Source: a virus (taxonomy: Duplodnaviria; Caudoviricetes). Taken from it: a DNA stretch of 64,000 nucleotides. Positions 58,580 through 64,000 of this stretch are shown here, one piece after another (the stretch's first letter is position 1; each line of letters opens with the position of its first letter). The translations under genes were made by a program, and so were the position numbers. The stretch lies in IMG/VR virus record IMGVR_UViG_3300044846_003474, positions 44,261-108,260 of that record. The stretch is one strand, 5' to 3'. The notes under the pieces are model-generated. The model did not search any database. It was given only the letters and a program-made list of their open reading frames with translations, and was not told the DNA's origin.

Positions 58580-58650
58580 ATTAATAAATATCTGAGAAAC
58601 AAAAAAACCCCTCAACTAATTAAGGGGTCTAAATACCATTCATTATTTTT

Positions 58651-58959
58651 TTATGATCCCCACGCAGGATTTGCAATAATCAATTTACCGTCCTCAACTC
58701 TTGGAATTTTTCCCATATCATTGTGATCAGCAATTTCAAAATCATCTTCATAGAATTTCTCACCGTCAAATACAATGTAGAATTCACCTTCATCGTCTTT
58801 ACCTCTATGACTATAACTTTTAGACTTTAAAGATGAATGTGCGGCATCTCCCATAGAATCAAATCCACTTGCGGTATAATCATCTTCGTATTGTTCTCTA
58901 ACAATACGTTTAACCAATTTAGTTAAATCTCTTTCTGTTAATCTTACAATTCTTGACAT
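58651..58959 (-). CDS. Leader-bearing protein
   Basis: MSRIVRLTERDLTKLVKRIVRE. Confidence 0.78.
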   Translation of the reverse strand: MSRIVRLTERDLTKLVKRIVREQYEDDYTASGFDSMGDAAHSSLKSKSYSHRGKDDEGEFYIVFDGEKFYEDDFEIADHNDMGKIPRVEDGKLIIANPAWGS

Positions 58960-59054
58960 AATATTTTTTGTTTATTAATAAATACTTCTATATCCAAAAA
59001 AAACCCCACCGATGAGGTAGGGTTTAATACTTTAATTATTTTTATAAGTATGAT

Positions 59055-59492
59055 TTAAAAAATACCGTTGTATACACAATTTTTTAAATTTGATAATTCT
59101 CCTGATATTTTAGAGTAATTAGATTTATATAATTGATCTAACCCACCAGAAGTTGATTTTTTTCCATTGTTAAATGTTTTTAATGTATTCTTTTCTAAAT
59201 TATCGTATTTAAACTCATCTTCATTGTAAACTACACCATAAACAGTTTGAATAATACCAGAATTTATACCCATAGACATTAAAAGAAGTCCGTACACAGT
59301 ATCCCCATATCCATTAGTTATTTTATATAATTCTGGATATTTTGATTTATTAAAACATTTACCAATAGAAGATTTACCCATTTTAAGTTGTTGTTGACTC
59401 ATTTGTTCCTCACTAATTAATCTACTTTCACTAATAACTCGTTTAACCAATCTAGTTAAATCTCTTTCTGTTAATCTTACAATTCTTCCCAT
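59055..59492 (-). CDS. Leader-bearing protein
   Basis: MGRIVRLTERDLTRLVKRVISESRLISE. Confidence 0.78.
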   Translation of the reverse strand: MGRIVRLTERDLTRLVKRVISESRLISEEQMSQQQLKMGKSSIGKCFNKSKYPELYKITNGYGDTVYGLLLMSMGINSGIIQTVYGVVYNEDEFKYDNLEKNTLKTFNNGKKSTSGGLDQLYKSNYSKISGELSNLKNCVYNGIF

Positions 59493-59600
59493 AGTATTTT
59501 AATTTATTAATAAATAGTACGATAATCAAAAAAAAACCCACTCTTATTAAAAAGTGGGGAGTTTTATATTAATTTTTTTATTATTAAGTAATAACAATTT

Positions 59601-60041
59601 TTACATATCATATATACTTTCATAATAAATATCAATTAAATCATCAATTTTTAAACTCATAACATTAAGTCCGAGCAATTTCATTAAATAATTTTCACTC
59701 CAAAAGTTACCATCTTTGTCCATTAAATCACTTCCACTTTGATACAGATATTTCTTGTTTATAACGTTGTCTTTATAAACGTCTATTGAATACATCGGAC
59801 CAAATTGAATTTTATCTTTAAAAGATTTTGGCGTACTAAGTGATAAATATTGTTCTGTAAACGATTTAGGGATTTCGGAATATCTATTAATTTCTTTAAT
59901 TTTTCCATTAAAGTCAATTTCAAAATTATTTTTAATAATTTCTTTTAATTTTCTACTTTTTGGAGTCAAACTATCTTCTCTAATCACTTGTCTAACGATA
60001 CGACCCAAATCCCTCTCCGTTAATCGTATAATTTTTTTCAT
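59601..60041 (-). CDS. Leader-bearing protein
   Basis: MKKIIRLTERDLGRIVRQVIRE. Confidence 0.78.
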   Translation of the reverse strand: MKKIIRLTERDLGRIVRQVIREDSLTPKSRKLKEIIKNNFEIDFNGKIKEINRYSEIPKSFTEQYLSLSTPKSFKDKIQFGPMYSIDVYKDNVINKKYLYQSGSDLMDKDGNFWSENYLMKLLGLNVMSLKIDDLIDIYYESIYDM

Positions 60042-60091
60042 ATTAATAAATATTACATAAAACAAAAAACCCCACCGATGAGGTAGGGTTT
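60041..60091 (-). repeat. Terminator-promoter intergenic cassette module
   Basis: TATTAATAAATATTACATAAAACAAAAAACCCCACCGATGAGGTAGGGTT; hairpin identical to 59001-59025. Confidence 0.85.
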
Positions 60092-60108
60092 AAAGTTTTA
60101 ATTTTTAA

Positions 60109-60804
60109 TTAGTGTTTTTTCTTTTTCTGAAGTTCCTTACTGTATTCAGAAACGGGGATCGGAGTTCCAACAGGATAAGGAAATCCTACTTTAGCTGCCG
60201 TTACTGATGTCTGCCCATTCTTAACGGGAACTGCTTTACGTAATGGAATTGCCGCCTCATTAAGTGGACCATAAACTTTAGCCAAAACAATACCTGAAGA
60301 TGTTGTATCAAAGATAATACCTGGCATTGCAAACATATTACTTTCACTTGTAGATGGTGAATCCAAGTTAATAACAAACGATCTGTTATATGGTGTCATA
60401 TATTCCCACTCCTTAGTTGAAGGATTAAATTGGGGGATAGTAGTCGTTATATCGTAGTACCAAAATAAAGACCATACAGTATTACTTGTTCCGTCAGGAG
60501 TTTGGAAGTTTTTCTCAACATTGAACTTACCATAAGTTCCACTAACACCTTCCATTGCCAAACTTGAAAGAGATGGTCCGTTCAATACAGGACAGATTGC
60601 ACAACCCTCGTCATACTTAACACCTTGAACAATAATCTTTTTTCCCGTAGGTAACGCTGCCGATGCCCCACAAAAAGCAAAAGACCCATCATGTATCTTA
60701 ACAATTTTATCAGATTTAATATCTTCTAACGTTTCGGTTTTTGTTCCCGTATTACAACTAAATAACATAGTAGCCGTAACAATAAATAATAATAATTTTT
60801 TCAT
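60109..60804 (-). CDS. Lipoprotein
   Basis: MKKLLLFIVTATMLFSC lipobox. Confidence 0.75.
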   Translation of the reverse strand: MKKLLLFIVTATMLFSCNTGTKTETLEDIKSDKIVKIHDGSFAFCGASAALPTGKKIIVQGVKYDEGCAICPVLNGPSLSSLAMEGVSGTYGKFNVEKNFQTPDGTSNTVWSLFWYYDITTTIPQFNPSTKEWEYMTPYNRSFVINLDSPSTSESNMFAMPGIIFDTTSSGIVLAKVYGPLNEAAIPLRKAVPVKNGQTSVTAAKVGFPYPVGTPIPVSEYSKELQKKKKH

Positions 60805-60878
60805 AAGTTTTTTATTATAAATATAAGCATATATAGGAAAAAGAAAACCCCTCCGATTAAGGAAGGGTTAATTTTTTT

Positions 60879-61406
60879 TTATTTTGAATGTTGATGATCA
60901 TATGTATTATCTCCCATACGCATTACTTTATCTGCTTTGAATTGTCCAAATCTTTTTTCATAATCATCGCTCATTCTAGCCTGATCCGAATAATCGTGAG
61001 CAACTTCTAATTTTAAAATTCTTTCAATTCTTTTAGGGTCGTCTCCTTTGAATAATAAAACTTTTCTGTCTCTAAAACCTTGATCTCTTGTATCGTCCGT
61101 AACATCAATACCCCAATATGTTTCATCAGTATCATTATCACGATACTCTTTCATGGTAAAGAAGTTACCTTCTTGGTCACCACCAGTTGATTTTCTAACA
61201 TTACCTGTTGGGGTCATTTTATTTATTAGTGAACGGTTACTTAGATAATCATATGCCCTTTTTATAATTGCACCACCTAACGCAATTCCACCTAAAGTTA
61301 ATAAAACACTTTCGTTAATATTTTTTTTACTTTTCTTTTCTTCTATGATAACTCTTTTAACCAATCTTGTTAAATCTGATTCAGTTAATCTTATAATTCT
61401 TGCCAT
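60879..61406 (-). CDS. Leader-bearing protein with Gly-rich hydrophobic helix
   Basis: MARIIRLTESDLTRLVKRVIIE...INES|VLLTLGGIALGGA. Confidence 0.78.
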   Translation of the reverse strand: MARIIRLTESDLTRLVKRVIIEEKKSKKNINESVLLTLGGIALGGAIIKRAYDYLSNRSLINKMTPTGNVRKSTGGDQEGNFFTMKEYRDNDTDETYWGIDVTDDTRDQGFRDRKVLLFKGDDPKRIERILKLEVAHDYSDQARMSDDYEKRFGQFKADKVMRMGDNTYDHQHSK

Positions 61407-61414
61407 AATATTAT

Positions 61415-61714
61415 TTATTTTGTTTCTCTTATTTCATCAGTTATAGCTCTCATTTCATCAACTAACGATTTTAATGATTTCAAATCCAGTATGATGTTTC
61501 CGATAACAAATGCGGTTTCTTCTCCGTTGCCACTTTCTGCAGTTTGTTGTGCTTGGTGAAGACCTCTCATAATTTTTTTAAATTTCATATCGAATATTTC
61601 AGAACTATTTTCATATATACGATCTCTATACTCTACACTCGTATTGTTCTCATTAATAACTCGTTTAACAAGTCTTGTTAAATCTCTTTCTGTTAACCTT
61701 ACTGTTCTTCTCAT
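61415..61714 (-). CDS. Leader-bearing protein
   Basis: MRRTVRLTERDLTRLVKRVINE. Confidence 0.78.
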   Translation of the reverse strand: MRRTVRLTERDLTRLVKRVINENNTSVEYRDRIYENSSEIFDMKFKKIMRGLHQAQQTAESGNGEETAFVIGNIILDLKSLKSLVDEMRAITDEIRETK

Positions 61715-61727
61715 AATTTATATATTT

Positions 61728-61779
61728 TATTAATAAATATCACATAAAACAAAAAACTCCACCTGATAAAGATGGGGTT
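61728..61779 (-). repeat. Terminator-promoter intergenic cassette module
   Basis: TATTAATAAATATCACATAAAACAAAAAACTCCACCTGATAAAGATGGGGTT; near-identical to 62461-62508. Confidence 0.85.
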
Positions 61780-61802
61780 ATATTCATATAAAATAATGTG
61801 TC

Positions 61803-62444
61803 TTAGTTTTTACTATTACACCCATAAATTCTATTACTACTTCCAATATTTTTAAAATCCAGAAGAAAAATAAAAGTAAAAGTTGCCAATGCTGAAGTCT
61901 TCCAGTCCAATGGACAGTCAAAAAGTTTACTTTCAAGTTTATAAATATAACATTTAAACAATCTTAGTATAACCCAAACAAGTATAAGAGACCAAGCCCA
62001 AATTGGAATTTTTGATCCTGATTTAATCATAATATTTAATATATCTTTTAAAGTTTTTAACACGGGGTCATTAACTTCTTCATTTAGTTTAACGTCTTCA
62101 GACCTGTATTGTTGAGGATTATTTTTTACTTCTTTAATTTTTTTAATTAATTCAATAATCGAATCCGCGGACATTGATCCCAATACTCCATCCAGATATA
62201 TGTTAATATTTTCTTTAATATCATCGTATTTACCTTCAATACTTTTAATATTATTGAGTTCTTGTTTAATATTAATACCTAATGATGTTATATTATTGTC
62301 AATTAACTTAATTTTTTCAAGTCCCGCTCCTGATTCATAATTAATACACATTTGACTATTAGATTCTACTTTATTTAATAAACGTTGTTCCAACATTAAA
62401 TTAGATGATTGTATGTGCCTGATTTTACTGTAACTTCTATTCAT
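61803..62444 (-). CDS. Leader-bearing protein with C-terminal TM segments
   Basis: MNRSYSKIRHIQSSNLMLEQRLLN; IWAWSLILVWVIL. Confidence 0.72.
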   Translation of the reverse strand: MNRSYSKIRHIQSSNLMLEQRLLNKVESNSQMCINYESGAGLEKIKLIDNNITSLGINIKQELNNIKSIEGKYDDIKENINIYLDGVLGSMSADSIIELIKKIKEVKNNPQQYRSEDVKLNEEVNDPVLKTLKDILNIMIKSGSKIPIWAWSLILVWVILRLFKCYIYKLESKLFDCPLDWKTSALATFTFIFLLDFKNIGSSNRIYGCNSKN

Positions 62445-62530
62445 GTTATATTCCTTTTCTAATAAATACTTCATAAAACAAAAAACCCCACCTGATAAAG
62501 ATGGGGTTCATATATTAATTCCTTTATTAT

Positions 62531-63025
62531 TTATAATCCAGAGTCATCATATGATATTGATCTTGGATCGTATTCACTTACACTAAAACCATTATCTTCA
62601 AAAAACCTTAAAACTTTTTTTGCGTCTTTCCTTGTCGCTGGTAAAGATGGATGATTTCCCATCAGAAGAAATTCCATATTATCGAAATATTTACCTATTT
62701 CAAAATCTCTTTTAATACCATTATCAAGGTCTTCTGTTTCCAAAGTATAAGTGTTAGATGTGTTAGATTCTTTTTTGAGACTAATCATTCTTAACTCTAT
62801 TTCTTTTTCTTGCCCCAAATGTTTTACAACCATTGTGATATTATTTTTTTCTTGACCCAAACCAAATTCTTTTCCGTGTTCACGAAATCTATCAGACAAT
62901 TTATTAAATCCTTTTTCACCCGCAACATCAGCAGCTTTTTCATACGTTGATCTATCAAGTTCCGTAATGGTTCTTTTAACAAGTCTTGTTAAATCTCTTT
63001 CTGTTAATCTTACAATTCTTCCCAT
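62531..63025 (-). CDS. Leader-bearing protein
   Basis: MGRIVRLTERDLTRLVKRTITE. Confidence 0.78.
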   Translation of the reverse strand: MGRIVRLTERDLTRLVKRTITELDRSTYEKAADVAGEKGFNKLSDRFREHGKEFGLGQEKNNITMVVKHLGQEKEIELRMISLKKESNTSNTYTLETEDLDNGIKRDFEIGKYFDNMEFLLMGNHPSLPATRKDAKKVLRFFEDNGFSVSEYDPRSISYDDSGL

Positions 63026-63278
63026 AATTTATATATTTTATTAATAAATATCACATAAAACAAAAACGAACATTTTTTCTGAAAGATTCACTTAAGTAGA
63101 CAACAAATAAATTAAAAAAACCCGAAGGGTTCGGTCGGACAGAAAATCCGACGAAGTCGGGACGGGGTTCCGGCGCCCATTAAAAAGGAAGAATTTTAAT
63201 TATCTTCTTCGTTCTCATCTGAATCCTCTTCAGAACCTTGAACTTTTATAAAATGGGGGTTTCTAAATTTATTAATTT

Positions 63279-63779
63279 TTAATGACCAGATACTCCATAT
63301 CCTATGTCGTAAAGATGTCGTGGATCATTACTTGTAATTTCATTATCATCTTCTATCACCTTGTATACGAATTTAAGACGATAAGAATCGTTTCTAAAAT
63401 CATCTGATTCATAACTATGTTGGGCGTGTTTAGCACGCTCATAAGCGACCACATTATGAGAGTTAAACTTAAATTCAATTCCATTTTCTTCACCTATTTC
63501 TTCTATAACCCTATCTACTATATCTTTCAATATATACCCAACTTCTACACTATCCTTCATAAAATTTTCATAACGTATTTCAATATCTACATTTTTACCA
63601 TTAAACCGTACTGACGCTTGAGGAGAATTTGTAAATGGTTTATCTCTATTGATTTCAATTGATCTGTTTAATCTTCTTTCTAACGAATCAACCCATTCAG
63701 GTTCTGAGTTCTCCGTTATAACTCGTCTAATAATACGTTTTAATTGTTTGGACTGTTGTTCTGTTATAATGATTTTCAT
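63279..63779 (-). CDS. Leader-bearing protein (hybrid leader)
   Basis: MKIIITEQQSKQLKRIIRRVITE. Confidence 0.75.
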   Translation of the reverse strand: MKIIITEQQSKQLKRIIRRVITENSEPEWVDSLERRLNRSIEINRDKPFTNSPQASVRFNGKNVDIEIRYENFMKDSVEVGYILKDIVDRVIEEIGEENGIEFKFNSHNVVAYERAKHAQHSYESDDFRNDSYRLKFVYKVIEDDNEITSNDPRHLYDIGYGVSGH

Positions 63780-63790
63780 ATATGGTTATT

Positions 63791-63845
63791 TATTAATAAA
63801 TATCACATAAAACAAAAAACCCCACTCTTATTAGGAATGGGGTTT
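63791..63845 (-). repeat. Terminator-promoter intergenic cassette module
   Basis: TATTAATAAATATCACATAAAACAAAAAACCCCACTC...ATGGGGTTT. Confidence 0.85.
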
Positions 63846-63872
63846 ATAAATATATTATTTATTCGTCGGAAC

Positions 63873-64000
63873 TCATATCTTCCTCTGGATTACCCGTTTA
63901 ACAATACGGGTTAAATCTGATTCTTTCAGAGATTCATTATTATCACTTTCTGTAATATCTTTATAAACATCATTAATAAACTCCCAAATAGGTGAATAAT
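63873..64000 (-). CDS. 3' end of an ORF carrying the leader helix at its C-terminus
   Basis: ...DITESDNNESLKESDLTRIVKRVIQRKI*. Confidence 0.65.
   Translation of the reverse strand, partial: YSPIWEFINDVYKDITESDNNESLKESDLTRIVKRVIQRKI

Noticed and set aside
51518-63845. Repeated intergenic units as a CRISPR array or integron attC sites
   Set aside because: Repeats are separated by whole genes, contain terminator and promoter features, lack attC GTTRRRY ends, and no cas or integrase gene is in the window
1-64000. Stop-codon reassignment as seen in some huge phages
   Set aside because: Long ORFs (ClpC, GH19, T9SS protein) are intact and densely packed under the standard bacterial code; no clear suppressor tRNA

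Overview
AT-rich segment of a jumbo/T4-like tailed phage genome. Host is very likely a Bacteroidota: recurring TAnnTTTG promoters, no Shine-Dalgarno sites, a T9SS sorting domain and Bacteroidota-type lipoproteins. It contains the 5' part of the terminase large subunit and acidic head-region proteins. Next come a proteostasis block (nucleotidyltransferase, KTSC, UVR-domain protein, N-domain-less ClpC, M28 peptidase, tmRNA with an atypical tag) and a ~870-nt highly structured GOLLD-like RNA. There are five normal tRNAs, two aberrant tRNA-like genes, a glycosyltransferase trio and several peptidoglycan hydrolases. An ~8.5-kb operon encodes secreted/outer-membrane proteins (T9SS cohesin/dockerin protein, CsgG-like lipoprotein, beta-barrel, C-type lectin, nuclease). 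The most striking pattern is about 40 otherwise unrelated ORFs sharing a few short leader helices bounded by [IL]-x-E sites (e.g. MKKIVRLTExDLxxLVKRVIxE, MKIIITESQ). Most follow a TATTTAT promoter-like motif, and in the right third they sit in repeated terminator-promoter-leader cassettes. I interpret this as a modular capsid-loading, protease-activated cargo system. All family calls come from motif recognition by eye, not database searches.
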